A stretch of DNA of 64,000 nt from Octopus sinensis (taxonomy: Eukaryota): positions 15,004,001 through 15,068,000 of the forward strand of contig NC_042998.1 in assembly GCF_006345805.1 (NCBI RefSeq). Reading direction: 5' to 3'. Made by a program: the position numbers and the translations under genes. Positions 25,017-37,118 of the stretch are shown piece by piece. How positions within the stretch are numbered: the first letter of the stretch is position 1; the number at the start of each line of letters is the position of its first letter. The notes beneath the pieces are model-generated. The model was not told the origin of the DNA. It was given only the letters and a program-made list of their open reading frames with translations, and did no database searches.

Positions 25017-25310
25017 TTTTACACACCGCAGTACCTAGATATTTTTAAAACCCTTGTTTCGTATTCTATCGGTGTTTTGCCGATCCAACGAGAACAAACC
25101 ATTTACACCGGCCGAAAAGCGGTTGGTAGGGTTGTGTCTTTGTGCTCGTGTTTGTCCTCACAACAGTGTTGGTTTGTTTACGTTTCCGTAACATAGCGGT
25201 TTAGCAAAAAGAAACCGTTAGGGTACTTACCAGTCCTTTAGAAAGTAAGTACTAGGGTGCATATGTTTGACTGAACCGTGAATGCGGTGCCTTATCATAG
25301 CCGCAGTCTA
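24665..25310 (+). mobile_element. Old, degenerate SINE family A split by an expanded microsatellite
   Basis: Head-like ~24700-24860 and tail-like ~25050-25310. Confidence 0.55.
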
Positions 25311-25410
25311 ATACACACACACACATATGGGCATTAAAAATATGTCTGTCTGTCTGTTTGTCTGTCTGTCTGCCTGTATGTATGTATGTATGTCTCTCTC
25401 TCTCTCTCTT

Positions 25411-25450
<40 letters not shown>

Positions 25451-25838
25451 AGCCCTAAAACTCTTTCTATTGTATATGTATTATTATCACTTTAATTGTT
25501 GTCTTCGTGTGACCCTGAGCCTTATTCGTTTTCTTGTCTTGTCCCTCATCCGTCTACTAACGGTCCCGTCTTGAGCCAGTCACGTTTTGTTATGCTTTAA
25601 TCCCATTCCCGGCAAGTCCCTTGCTAGTGTGTCCAGTGTGGAAGTAATATTACCGATAATGGACGAAATTGCGCTCGACCCTCTGGCTGACAGCTGAAAA
25701 GGAGTTGGTGACCTGTGTTTTCCGTTCGTCTGTGTATTTCGTATTTGGTCGTATGTTTATTTACTACACGTTTAAAAATAAAATTATATGCATACATACA
25801 TACATACTACATACATACATACATACATACATACTACA

Positions 25839-25903
<65 letters not shown>

Positions 25904-26062
25904 TAAAGGTTTTTTGCAACAGGTGCTTAAACCACATGCCGAAAATATTAGAAATAGCAGTCAAAGGGCTACCATTTCTATTACTATTACTATTTCCATA
26001 CGAAATACTACTAGGTGAAATTTATTGATTATCAAATTAATTATATTTTACCCTTTATCTGT

Positions 26063-26100
<38 letters not shown>

Positions 26101-26175
26101 CATGTATGTATATATATACACACATACATACAGGTATGTCCAATTTCGTTTGTTTTCTTATTTAATCGTAAAAAA

Positions 26176-26206
<31 letters not shown>

Positions 26207-26216
26207 TGAATGTATA

Positions 26217-26718
26217 TACAAATATAAAAGGGACGACCACCAAAGTGGATTCCTAATATGCTAAAGATAGATCTCAAATCGCCTTACAAACGAAGAGTGG
26301 TGTTCTCAAGAAAAATTTCAGCAAACGCCAGAATTTAAAAATAAGCAAGACAAATGAAAATATACAAAATAAAACGATTACCTTCGTACCGTGATTTCGT
26401 TTGTTAATATTTACGAATGTAGATATCTGTAAACTCTTCAGCGTAGTCCGTCGCTTACAAAACACAATTTCCAGAAATAGACACAGAATGCTCACCCGAA
26501 ACAGAGCAAGTATAAAGTTCTGCAAATTATATTAGGGGGTATCTTTCAAATGTTTTCATTTTGGCGCGCTGAGGCCGGAAATAACTCTGCAGTTAATAAA
26601 CATTCTGGCGTTTTGCTGAAATTTTTCTTGAGAACAAACTCCGGGTCGTTAGGCGATTTGACGTCCATCTTTAGCATATTAGGAAACCACTTTGGTAGTC
26701 GTTCCTCTAATATTTGTA
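26217..26718. mobile_element. MITE-like element with ~110-bp imperfect TIRs
   Basis: CCAAAGTGG.TTCCTAATATGCTAAAGAT..TGTTCTCAAGAAAAATTTCAGCAAA.CGCCAGAAT occurs in inverted orientation at both ends. Confidence 0.75.
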
Positions 26719-26876
26719 TGTAATATTTTTAATCCTCTGATTTTTTAAATATGCTAGCCCACTGGTTTTAATTGATGTTAATTGGTTAATATCAATTTCC
26801 ACCCTCATTATTAATTTATATATATACATACATAATACATACATACATACATACATATATATATATATTATATTAT

Positions 26877-26910
<34 letters not shown>

Positions 26911-26979
26911 ATAAATATATACATACATATATATATATATATATATATGATTGATGATTGATTGATTGATTGATTGATT

Positions 26980-27520
26980 CTAGTTTCAGCTTATGAGCTG
27001 TGGCCATGCTGGGGCACCGCCATTTGGTGTTGCTACTTGGTTTCACTTCATGGAGGCTTTCTAGCAACTGCTATTTGGTGCATGAGAGAGTTCGATGCAG
27101 CTGCCCTCATCTGCCCCTCCTGCCGTGAAGTTGTTCATCTGGGACACCTGACAGGAAGAGATCCAGCTTCATTTTAAAGACATCTGTATCCACCCCATGC
27201 AGGTCTCTCAGGTTCTTCGGGAGGATATTGAAGAGCTGTGGGCCTCGGAAGCCCAGGCTATCACAGAATCTTGTCCTACATCTTGATGGCAGGTTTGGAG
27301 TCCTAGGCACCACGCAGTGGCGCCCAGTTCTGGCATTTGCGTAACTCTCGATGCCAAAGTTCAGGACACTTCCCTCCAGGATCTTCCAGATGTATATTAT
27401 GGCATATCTTTCCCGCCTACGCTCCAGGGAATATAATTTTAATCTCTTGAGCCTTTCCCAGTAGCTTACATTCTGCATAGAGGCTATCTTCTTTGTGTAG
27501 CTTCGTTGGATCGCCTCAAA
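26980..27520 (-). mobile_element. CR1/L2-group LINE 3' fragment
   Basis: LEAIQRSYTKKIA..YWERLKRLKLYSLERRRERY.IIYIWKIL..GPQLFNILP..FKMKLDLFL. Ends in an (AATC)n tail. Confidence 0.85.
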
Positions 27521-27564
27521 TTATAATACATATATATATATATATATATCATATATATATATAT

Positions 27565-27616
<52 letters not shown>

Positions 27617-27731
27617 TTATATTTCGAATGGTCATTTTGCCAGTTTAGCCAATAAAAACACACGCACTATATATTTGGTGTTATTTTGCTTCAGTGTTAT
27701 TTATTTTTTACATTAATCTTAATCTTATTTC

Positions 27732-27776
27732 GGCCAGAGTTCTTTCGTCACACTCCTGTGACCGCATCAGTGGTCC
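27732..27776 (-). ncRNA. Candidate minimal type I hammerhead ribozyme (left arm, sense to the PLE)
   Basis: Reverse complement is identical to 30456-30500. Confidence 0.55.
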
Positions 27777-28164
27777 TTTGTTTTCTTCTTCGTATTTGTG
27801 TGTCTCTCCTTACTAACCGTCAGCCATTTGGTATTTCTATTGTATGTCTTCATTGCGCATGCTTATATCTCTATGTGCGTTCTATGTTTATTTAGTGTGT
27901 GTGGGGGGATGCCTGTAATATTTGTATCTTCTGTTTATATACATTCATGTAATTTGTATTTTGTTTTGTTGTTGTTGCTTTTGTTCTAATTTTGTTCATG
28001 TGTTTACATCCACCCATTATTATCATTACATATGCTTGTATGTATGTATGTATAACAACAATATTAGTAATATAATAATAAATCTAATCGAAAAAACAAA
28101 TATATACATACATATACACATACATATACACATATACATACATATATACATATTATATATATAT

Positions 28165-28208
<44 letters not shown>

Positions 28209-28311
28209 CATGCATACATATCTTACATAGATATATATACATATATATAGTTATTCATTTCTATTTGTTTATTTATCTGTGTATTTATTATGTTTTCGGG
28301 ATCCTCTATCG

Positions 28312-29883
28312 TCATATGTTGTGGTGTGTGCTATTGCTCCATTCTAGTTTTCTATTCAGGCTAGGTTTATTTTCTATTAAATGTGTAGCTTCTGTAATTT
28401 GTCTAATTGTTGCATCTGTTCTATGTGTGGACAATATCTTAATCTCTATGTTATTGATTGATCTCCCGTGTTCCTGTTTGGCGTGTTGGTACAGAATCGA
28501 TGAGCTTTTACCTTCCTTGAGTTGTCTCCAATGGTCATTCACCCGCTCTTCTATGCTTCTTGCCGTTTCTCCTACGTATGTTATTGTCTTGTTACTGCAT
28601 CGTCCCTCTATACATCTTATACTATAGACTACAGTTCTGGCTTTACAGTTTGTTTGTGGGCTAAATCTACATACAGTGCAATACTTATCCGTACAGGGGG
28701 TTCTACTAAAAGGATAGGTTCTACCAATTATAGATTTGATAAGGTTGCCTGGCTTTTCAACAACCTTAATTCTTAGTTTAAGTTTATCTAGGGTCCTTCT
28801 AAAGCGGTACGCCAGTTCACCTCCAGGAGTGGTGTCAACGAACATGACACTCTGGTAGTTATGGCTATCATACCAAGAGTTGGCCTTCCCTATTTTCTTT
28901 TTTGTCCTTTCTATAGTGTTCCATGACTTGTTCCTATAGAGTGGACAAATCCCATTCCTATCATTACATAATATATTATCAAATTTTTTCATGGCTCCTT
29001 TGTATACTCTGATCCTTTCTTTATGGCTGTAACCTGAGAACTGCATGCGGTGAATGAAATACTGTATGTGTCTCTTTAATTCTGTAGGCTCGCACATGCG
29101 TGACACATTTCTCATTATTCTGACGAGGTCTGCCATCAAAATATTGAATTTGGCATTGCCCGCAATGGCTGAGTTACGGTGGATCAGGTATTTTGAGGTC
29201 ATAGGTTTGGCATAGTATGAATGAAGGATTTGGGTTTTATTTTTCACAATTTCCAGCCAGAGTTCAGTGTCTAGTACTGGTAGTCTATGGTTGGGGTGTT
29301 TAGTGGGGTAGTCTATTGTGACCTTAATACTCTGGTGGATGGAGTTAGCTATTTGCTGGATGCTCTCCATAGTATTAGTTTCTATTACTATATCAACATT
29401 ACTCTCTTGTGGGGGTGCCTTTACCACTATGTTGATATCATCAACATAGCGAGAGTACATGTTTACGAGTATGGATTTCTGCAGTAGGCGTTCTTTAAGC
29501 CTTCTGTCCCACCATACCATGAAAAGGTTGGCCACATCACCAGCGATACTAACACCGATGGCTGCCCCCTCGTCCTGGGCATATATTTTATTATTAAATT
29601 TAAACGTGTGGCCTTTTAGGGTATCTCTTATACTAGCTCCTAGTGCATGTGCGATCATTTTCTTTACCTGATGGACATTTGCGGGGCTCCGTATGGCTCT
29701 GGTCCATCCGCGCCATCTTTCTATATGTGTCTTCCTAGCCATAGAAGTAATTGTAGGCGGTCTACCTCTTAAACATCTACTGGGGCAGAAACTACTAAGA
29801 TTATGTTTATCTAAGTATTCATTATTACATGTCAGTCTAAGGCGGAGGCCAAGTTCTTCTGTGTTGACATTACAGAACTCCAC
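28312..29883 (-). CDS. PLE reverse transcriptase + GIY-YIG endonuclease (N-terminally truncated, 523 aa open)
   Basis: YAQDEGAAIG..VANLFM (RT motif B), YSRYVDD (motif C), LPVLD, RMQFSGY, Cys linker CTDKYCTVC and VVYSIRC..YVGETARSIEER..H (GIY-YIG). RT motif A is absent and there is no native start. Confidence 0.9.
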   Translation of the reverse strand: MEFCNVNTEELGLRLRLTCNNEYLDKHNLSSFCPSRCLRGRPPTITSMARKTHIERWRGWTRAIRSPANVHQVKKMIAHALGASIRDTLKGHTFKFNNKIYAQDEGAAIGVSIAGDVANLFMVWWDRRLKERLLQKSILVNMYSRYVDDINIVVKAPPQESNVDIVIETNTMESIQQIANSIHQSIKVTIDYPTKHPNHRLPVLDTELWLEIVKNKTQILHSYYAKPMTSKYLIHRNSAIAGNAKFNILMADLVRIMRNVSRMCEPTELKRHIQYFIHRMQFSGYSHKERIRVYKGAMKKFDNILCNDRNGICPLYRNKSWNTIERTKKKIGKANSWYDSHNYQSVMFVDTTPGGELAYRFRRTLDKLKLRIKVVEKPGNLIKSIIGRTYPFSRTPCTDKYCTVCRFSPQTNCKARTVVYSIRCIEGRCSNKTITYVGETARSIEERVNDHWRQLKEGKSSSILYQHAKQEHGRSINNIEIKILSTHRTDATIRQITEATHLIENKPSLNRKLEWSNSTHHNI

Positions 29884-30019
29884 CTGGCACTAGAATGGAG
29901 CAATAGCACACACCACAACATATGACGATAGAGGATCCCGAAAACATAATAAATACACAGATAAATAAACAAATAGAAATGAATAACTATATATATGTAT
30001 ATATATCTATGTATATATG

Positions 30020-30068
<49 letters not shown>

Positions 30069-30455
30069 TATAATATATATGTATATATGTATGTATATGT
30101 GTATATGTATGTGTATATATATTTTTTTCGATTAGATTTTTTTTCGATTAGATTTATCATTATTATTACTAATATTGTTGTTATACATACATACAAGCAT
30201 ATGTAATGATAATAATGGGTGGATGTAAACACATGAACAAAATTAGAACAAAAGCAACAACAAAAACAAACTACAAATTACATGAATGCATATAAACAGA
30301 AGATACAAATATTACAGGCATCCCCCCCACACACACACTAAATAAACATAGACGCACATAGAGATATAAGCATGCGCAAATGAAGGCATACAATAGAAAT
30401 ACAAAATGGCTGACGGTTAGTAAGGAGAGACACAAATACGAAAGAAGAAAACAAA

Positions 30456-30500
30456 GGACCACTGATGCGGTCACAGGAGTGTGACGAAAGAACTCTGGCC
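30456..30500 (+). ncRNA. Candidate minimal type I hammerhead ribozyme (right arm)
   Basis: GG(A)CCA-CUGAUGCG-GUCACA[GGAG]UGUGAC-GAA-AG[AA]CU-C-UGGCC. Stems I-III pair; core position 9 is non-consensus. Confidence 0.55.
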
Positions 30501-30780
30501 GAAATAAGATTAAGATTAATGTAAAAAATAAATATTACTGAAGCAAAATAACACCAAATATATAGTGCGTGTGTTTTTATTGGCTAAACTGGCAATATGA
30601 GCATTCCGAAATATAACAATATCTGTTTCAACACACGACTTCACATAAAAAATCTTCCACAACAACTATTTAAACGTATATATATAAGTATATACCTGCC
30701 TTCGTCTTTTGTTTATTTCCGTAAACCTGCCTTCGTCTTTTGTCTATTTTCATAAAGCTTCCCGTTATATATATATATTT

Positions 30781-31840
30781 GGTTTGGCATCCTTTCTGTC
30801 TCGGGAGACAATGGAGTTGCGCATTTTTTTTTTTCTAGGTCTAGTCCGGCTGTTATATTTTATTTCCTGTTACATTTCTTGCTGTGGCTGTGTAGTCCTA
30901 TCCTGGACAAACACTCCCTCTGGCAGGTACTGCAAATGTAGCGAAGACTGTTCCTGGCTGGTTGTAGTGCCATGGTCTCTTGTTTATGTCTCTTCCTTTC
31001 TTTCCATTTCTCCTCTCTCTTTTTGTCACTCCTCTGTATACCCTCTTTTACTGTACGTCCCCATTCTCCACGGTTGCCGCGACTGCCTCCCAACCGCTAA
31101 TGTTGATGTTGCAGGCCTTCATATCCCTTTTGCAAACATCCTTGTAACGTAAGATCGGTCTACCCACAGACCTAGTACCCCTAGCAAGCTCTCCGTAGAG
31201 TATGTCCTTGGGGATTCTGCCATCTTTCATACGGCTAACATGCCCAAGCCATCTCATACGTCTTTGTGTGAGGAGTGCAAACATGCTTGGTATTCCTGCT
31301 TGCCTGAGGACATCTTTGTTGGGGATATAATTCTGCCATTTGATGTGGAGGATTTTTCGGAGGCAGCGCAGGTGAAAGATGTTTAGGCGACGCTCTTGGC
31401 GTGTGTATAGCGTCCAGGTCTCGCTGCCATACAGTAGAGTGCTGAGTACACATGCCTGGTAGATCTTCATTTTTGTGGTCTTGGTCAGCTTATTGTTGTC
31501 CCAAGCCCGTTTGGAGAGTTGGGCCATCGCAGCAGCTGCCTTGCCAATGCGTATATTGAGCTCAGCGTCAAGGGATAGGTTGTAGGTGACAGTAGAGCCC
31601 AGATAGGTAAACTTCTCCACCTCTTGTAATCTGTGGTCTCCAATATGTATGTTTGGGATGTCCGATGTAGCCTGGCCCATGATGTTGGTCTTCTTAAGGC
31701 TGATAGCTAAGCCAAAGTCATTACATGCTTGCTCAAAACAGTTAATGAGCCTTTGGAGGGCTTCTTCTGTGTGTGTTACCAGAGCGGCATCATCAGCAAA
31801 TAACATCTCCTTGATCAGGACGTTTCTGATTTTGGTCTTG
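30781..31840 (-). mobile_element. RTE (BovB-like) LINE, 5'-truncated, nearly intact coding sequence
   Basis: LFADDAALV (RT motif C), FTYLGS, LLYGSETW, RWLGHVSRMKDGRIPKDILYGEL and C-terminal CSTCQRECLSRIGLHSH. One frameshift near 31065. Confidence 0.92.
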
Positions 31841-31931
31841 TGTGTGTGTGTGTGTGTGTGTATGCGGGGGAGTCTATCTGGTTTGCAAGATTCTTAATGT
31901 TACAAAATTGAAACATGTACACACACACACT

Positions 31932-32022
<91 letters not shown>

Positions 32023-33374
32023 GTATATATACATATATATTGCATTTGTGTATATGTGTGTATGTGTGTGTATAGACATACACAACACATATTAGATATA
32101 TTAGATATATATTAGATACACACAAACATGCACAAATGTATATCAAATGAGTGCGCATTCCTCTAAGTGAGCGTTCATATGTACCTGGCTGCATGTTAAT
32201 ATCTTTATATGCACCCCCGCATATATATATATCTATATCTACGTATGTGTGTGTTTATTTTCCCTTGTAACTCTATCTACAGTTTATGCTTATAACTAAT
32301 TTGTTCCCCACAATCTTTCCAGATATTTGATTTCATTTCTATTCTTTTTACCGTCTATATTTATACAATCATTCGGTCATTGTCCCAGGCTTAATATTTG
32401 ATCTATTTTCTATTTGCAGAACATTCGAACATTCTTTATTTAGTCTACATTCCAATAAAATTGTCAGATGGCCCACTAATACGAAATGTTCAAGTACATA
32501 CAAGCATACGTATATAGCCATGTGTAACATGCTCTTATGTGTGTATACGTCATGCACAGTCAAGTGTATATTATATATATATATATATATATACACTCAC
32601 TCTCATTCAAACGTATAGGCATATATGCTTACATACATGTGTACATACCTATGTATAAGATGTAACATATTTTCATTTGCATATACATGTATTTTTAACA
32701 CAATTATAAACATATATATGTGTGTATATATGTATGTATGTATGTATGCATATACGCTATGATATATAATATGGGATATGATATGATGGTTGAAAAAATA
32801 TGCAAAGGAAATTATGGTTGACAAGAATCTCCTTACCACATAACCACACTAACGCCTACATAAGTACATAAAAATATTATATATGCATATTCATATCTTT
32901 AGGAATATATTTCTATAAAAACGTACTGAAACATATATATCTGCATCTTTATTTTATTTATATTTGCATATATATTTTCTTATACGTATACATATTTGGA
33001 TACTTATACATGTATTTACATAAGTATTATGCTCATATATGTATATATTTTTTATGTTTTTATTTTTCATTCCCTTCGAAATTTTATCCCTAATTAGTGG
33101 TTTGGACTTTAGCTGTTCCTTCTAGCGTAAGAGAGTCCTATGATGGACACCTCTTATGTGTTTAATTGTACACTGTATTTTATACGTATTTACGTAGGTA
33201 TATATGTGGGCAAGTTTTAAAAATAACCTGCATCTCCAAGGCACGTTTCAAAAGATTGCCTTGACTACATCTCCATTGTATGAAACTATTAGTAGCTCTT
33301 GACTGTATACTGTGTACATTAGATAATATTTATCTCTCATTGGATGGTGTACTTTCTGTTGATCTTACCTTAAA

Positions 33375-33535
33375 GGAAGCAGGTGTGGCTATGTGTTAAG
33401 AACTTTGCTTTCCAACCACGTGATTTGGGGTTCAGTCCCACTGCATGTCAACTAGAACAGATGTCTTCTACTATAGCCCCGGGTCGACCACAGTCTTTCG
33501 AGTAGATTTGTTTGAAACTGAAAGAAACCTATCGT
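33375..33535 (+). mobile_element. SINE family A head fragment
   Basis: GGTGTGGCTATGTG..GGGTTCAGTCCCACTGC..GTCTTCTACTATAGCCCCGGGTCGACC. Confidence 0.65.
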
Positions 33536-34047
33536 ACATATATATCAAAAGATGTGTTATAACACTACTCCACATATACAAAAACAGCCTTACCAACAAT
33601 CCAACATACATCCATCATCAGCTGCCCCACGGATATCATTACGGTTTCGACACCTTGCCAATACCATTCAATCCAGCGGTGTCATCAGCACTAAAATAAG
33701 TGTTGGTTGGGAACAAACAAACCAAAGAAACCACACTTCAAACACATTTACCATATTACAATCCGTATCAGTAAATAAAATAAATAAGCAAATTACAACC
33801 AACTCCTAAATACGTAACTCAGCAGCCACCAATCCATTAAGTCATACAGAAATTATAATCCCTACCGTCTTCCATAGTATAATATAAAAGTGAAAGCTTA
33901 ATAAGTACATTCATTCAATCACTCAGTTTATAGCTAGGATTAAAGACTAACTTTAATAAAACTAGAACAAAGAAACACGTAAACCAATGTACATCGCATC
34001 GGTATTAATAGTAAACTTGCAATAACTAAATTACATGCTAAATCGCG

Positions 34048-34081
<34 letters not shown>

Positions 34082-34109
34082 GTTTATGACTCTGTGCGTG
34101 TGTGTGTGT

Positions 34110-34409
34110 GTGGAGGTACAAGTCCTTGTGGTTAGAGCAGCAGACTCGCGGTCGAGAGATAGGGGGTTCGAATCTCAGACCGGACGATGTGTGTGTTTAT
34201 GAGCGAAACACCTAAGCTCCACACGGTTCCGGCAGAAGGTAATGGCGAAACTTCTGCTGATTCTTTCGTCACAACTTTCTCTCACTCTTTCCTCCTGCAT
34301 CTTGTAGCTCACCTGCGACGGACCGGCGTTCTGTCCAGGTGGGGAACCTCTACGCCAAGGAAACCGGGGAACCGGCCCTCGTGAGCCAGGCTTGGCTCGA
34401 GAAGGGACA

Positions 34410-34414
<5 letters not shown>
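34110..34414 (+). mobile_element. SINE family B, tail type iii
   Basis: Close match to the 23956 copy. Confidence 0.85.
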
Positions 34415-34443
<29 letters not shown>

Positions 34444-34445
<2 letters not shown>

Positions 34446-34791
34446 TCTTTACTCGTTTACTTGTTTCAGTCATTTGACTGCGGCCAGGACTTATTCTTTT
34501 GTAAGCCCAGTATTTATTCTATCGTTCTCTTTTGCCGAACCGCTAAGTAACGGGGACATAAGCACACCAGCATCGGTTGTCAAGCAATGCTAGGGGGACA
34601 AACACAGACACGCACACATATATATATATACGACGGGCTTCTTTCAGTTTCTGTCTACCAAATCCCCTCACAAGGCTTTGGTCGGCCCGAGGCTATAGTA
34701 GAAGACACTTGCCCAAGGTGCCACGCAGTGGGACTGAACCCGGAACCATGTGGTTGGTAAACAAGCTACTTACCACACAGCCACTCCTGCG

Positions 34792-34793
<2 letters not shown>
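34444..34793 (-). mobile_element. SINE family A (internal deletion in tail)
   Basis: Reverse-complement match to family A. Confidence 0.88.
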
Positions 34794-34855
<62 letters not shown>

Positions 34856-34857
<2 letters not shown>

Positions 34858-35257
34858 CAATTTAAGTTAGTTGAAATATGTTTGTCATATATTTCAACTG
34901 CTAAAGGCAAATACACTTCAGCTAACGTGGAGAAAAAAACTTCACTTACGGTAAAAAGGTCTGAAAACACCCGGTTCGTTAGGTGTCGCCCTCTATCGGG
35001 AATCTGAGACATCGATGTTTCATGTTTATTGACTCTTGTCGATCAGATATACCTCCTCTCAGGTACATCTGATCGACAAGAGTCAATAAGCTCGAAACAT
35101 CGATGTCTCAGATTCCCGAGAGTGGGCGACACTGAACGAACGAGATGTTTTCACACCTTTTTACCATAAGAGAAAATCATCTCCATGGTAACTGCAGTGT
35201 ATTTGCCTTTAGCAGTTGAAATATATGACAAACAAATTTTAGCTAACCAAAATTGTG
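34856..35257. repeat. ~400-bp imperfect palindrome (two ~200-bp arms, ~5-nt loop near 35058)
   Basis: TTGTCATATATTTCAACTGCTAAAGGCAAATACAC and GACTCTTGTCGATCAGAT in the left arm have reverse complements in the right arm. Confidence 0.9.
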
Positions 35258-35321
35258 TTTATACGCAAACACTGCTTCGCGCATTTATTCCGATGTGTGT
35301 GTATGTGTGTGCGTGTGTATG

Positions 35322-35366
<45 letters not shown>

Positions 35367-35381
35367 TATATATATATATAT

Positions 35382-35483
<102 letters not shown>

Positions 35484-36473
35484 CATACACACACATATCC
35501 ATACACATATATATGCATACATATTTATATATACATATGTTTATACACATATACACATATTCATATTTGCTTATATATTATGCATAAATTGCATAAATGT
35601 ATAAATACTATTTCCTATTATACGTATGTAAGTGTGTGTATGTATATGTATTTCATTCACACACGTTTGTATTCAAATATGTATATACACATATATACAC
35701 ATACATAAATACTCACATATTTATGTATTGTTCCGCACAATAATTCAGTGTTTATCCCCTTCATCTAAGTAGAAATCATTAAAAGTTCTAGAAATACACA
35801 TAGTTCAAATAGCTACGATTATTACATAGAGTACAATTAAGTGCAAAATATATGCTTTTGCTGTCAACGAGATCATCAGAAACTATAATATTTAAAATTT
35901 ATGGAAAATGACATACCTATTTTATAAGAACTTCTGAAATAGAAATATTCCTCCATCATTTGAAGGAACAATGCAGAGGAACACAGAAGGATAGGATGAA
36001 AAGAAAACTGTATTTGGATGGCAAGAAATACCATTTTAATTGTTGAGATAAAAAGGTAAAACAACGCCATACGTTAATATGCGTAAAAAAACTAGGCAGA
36101 AGAATTATGTGACTTTCGTTTAGAACACTGAGTTCTCGCAGTGCCTCTTTTAACTCCAGGCTTCGAGGAGAGCAGCATCTTTATTCGTATCTCTAAACTG
36201 ACACCCGTCTAGTCTCAGTTCACTATCTTCTACGCACACATTTTCATCTCATACAACTCACCCAGCTCACTCAATTATAAATGATATAAAACAACAATAT
36301 TCTTATCAGATACATAAACACACACATCATATGATAGGCACGTGTTTGTGTACTTATTCTTATACACTAATAGACTCGTGCATATAATAAACATATACAA
36401 GCATACGCACATACTCAGTCACAAAATCACATAAATTCTAGATATAAACAACCTTGCACATTGAAATCAAATA

Positions 36474-37118
36474 TCGTAATCGCTCGACTATCGCGGGTGT
36501 TACGTTCCAAAACTCCCCGCGATAGGTGAAAATCCGCGAAGTAGAAACAGTATTGTATATTTTTCTTCATTATTTTTATAATCTCTCTTTACTCTTTTAC
36601 TCTTTTATTTATTACAGTCCTTTGACTGCAGCCATGCTGGAGCACCGCATTTAGTCGAGCATATCGACCTCAGGACTTATTCTTTGTAAGCCTAGTACCT
36701 ATTCTATCGGGCTCTTTTGCTGAACCGCTAAGTTACGGGGACGTAAACACACCACTATCGGTTGTCAAGCGATGTTCGGGGGCGGAGGCAAACACAGACA
36801 CAAACATACACACAGACACACACACACGCACACACATATACATGCATATATACGACGGGCTTCTTTCAGTTTCCGTCTACCAAATCCACTCACAAGGCTT
36901 TTGTCGGTCCGAGGCTAGCGTAGAAGACGCTTGCCCAAGGTGTCACGCAGTGGGACTGATCCCGGCACCATGTGGTTCGTAAGCCAGCTACTTACCAGAC
37001 AGCCACTCCTGTATATATTTATTTTATTATAAACGCAAAACAACACAACGGAGGAATCGACGTAAGATTAAATAATAAACCGCAATAGGCGAACCGCGAT
37101 ACGGTGAGGGAATACTTA
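36474..37118. mobile_element. Tigger/pogo-like MITE interrupted by a SINE
   Basis: Left GTAATCGCTCGACTATCGCGGG..CCGCGATAGGTGAAAATCCGCGAAG and right CCGCAATAGGCGAACCGCGATACGGTGAGGGAATAC are imperfect TIRs. Confidence 0.6.
36583..37011 (-). mobile_element. SINE family A nested in the Tigger-like MITE
   Basis: Full-length reverse-complement match. Confidence 0.9.

Larger units (their letters stand above)
27611..30622 (-). mobile_element. Penelope-like element (Naiad-like), 5'-truncated, with its 3' end duplicated in inverted orientation at the 5' side
   Basis: RT + GIY-YIG ORF between inverted arms 27611-28348 and 29889-30622. Confidence 0.9.

Noticed and set aside
28312-28314. Terminal TGA of the PLE ORF as selenocysteine
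   Set aside because: Followed by CGA TAG, so read-through adds only two residues; no SECIS recognised.
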